From: Lama glama
Lineage: Eukaryota
Direction: 5' to 3'
Length of the DNA stretch: 64,000 nucleotides
Assembly (NCBI GenBank): GCA_028534125.1
Contig: CM052818.1
Location: 25,484,001-25,548,000 of the forward strand
Below the pieces are notes generated by a model that was not told the DNA's origin, did not search any database, and worked only from the letters and a program-made list of their open reading frames with translations. Below, piece by piece: positions 63,190-64,000 of the stretch. The translations under genes and the position numbers were made by a program. Numbering within the stretch: the first letter of the stretch is position 1; each line of letters starts with the position of its first letter.

Positions 63190-64000
63190 TTCTTCCGTTC
63201 CTTTCCCCATCCTCATAGGATCATATCTGAACGTATATACAGAATGTACATATATGGGATGGGGCTGTTGTTGTAGGGTCATACTATATCTCTCTGCATC
63301 CTCTCTCTCAGTTAATCCATCATGGCAGTCTTTCCAAGTTAATTGATATCAATCTAAAGTTATTTTTAATGGCTGCATAATATCCATGGTAGGAATGACC
63401 CATGTTTATCATTCCTGTACTAATGGGCATTCCCTTTATTTCCATTATTTTGTCACTACAAACAATGCTACAACAAACATCCTGGTATATAGAGCCACAC
63501 ATACTGGTGCTTTTATGTATGTGGGGCTTTAATAGATATGACTAAGCTGCTTTCCAGAAAGACTGTATTTATTCTCTTTTCCTCCCGGAATACTGCATGA
63601 GTATCTTTTCTCCTGCATCCTAGCCAATAGTGGATGTTAACACTTTTTGGTTCTTGCCAGTCAGATAGGTGAAGAGGATATTTCATGGTTACTTTGGCTA
63701 ATTTCTACTGCTATTGAACATATCTACATATACTTACTGGACCTTGAGATTTGCTCTTCTGTGACCATCTATTCTTTTGCTTTGCATATTTTTCTATAGG
63801 GTCATCTGCCTATTTCTTATCAATGAATAAGGGCTTTTATATAATATAGGTTAAATCTTTATCTGTCCTATGAATTATGACATCTATCTTTTCCCATCTA
63901 TCTTTTTGTCTTTTAACTTTGTGGTCACTTCTGCTATTGAGACATTTTTTAATTTATGAAGTTAAATAACTTTTCCTAAATTGCTTCTAGGTTTCTTGAG
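63190..64000 (-). mobile_element. Old L1 fragment, antisense (boundaries approximate)
   Basis: tttttaatggctgcataatatcc, acaaacaatgctacaacaaacatcc, tgctttccagaaagactgt and tgctcttctgtga are antisense L1 ORF2/3'UTR motifs. Confidence 0.75.

Overview
Mammalian genomic DNA, most likely a camelid (alpaca or camel), inferred from five copies of a short tRNA-derived SINE resembling the camelid Vic-1 family. The window holds two convergent genes. On the + strand are the last three coding exons of SOS1 (2801-2845, 4579-4697, 5630-6121), encoding the proline-rich GRB2-binding tail, and a 3'UTR of about 4.4 kb. On the - strand is the complete coding region of ARHGEF33 (DH-domain RhoGEF): ATG at 60071, 15 shared coding exons and two alternative last exons (18122-18173 and 16207-16336), giving 849- and 875-aa products. 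I checked every junction by hand for GT/AG ends and frame. The remainder is intronic or intergenic, with old L1, L2, MIR, MER5 and MLT repeats, an exonic CpG island and a 500-N gap. The most interesting signals are: (1) an apparent decayed coding exon inside ARHGEF33 (53172-53781) whose 3' 144 nt remain a clean in-frame cassette extending the N-terminal coiled coil; (2) a TSD-flanked, tailless retrocopy of a 5' half of tRNA-Ile with G at the wobble position (26313-26383), possibly a fossil of A34-to-I editing; (3) further poison or pseudo-exon candidates, uORFs and template-switch hairpins. Gene and repeat identities rest on my recollection of known sequences, not on database searches.
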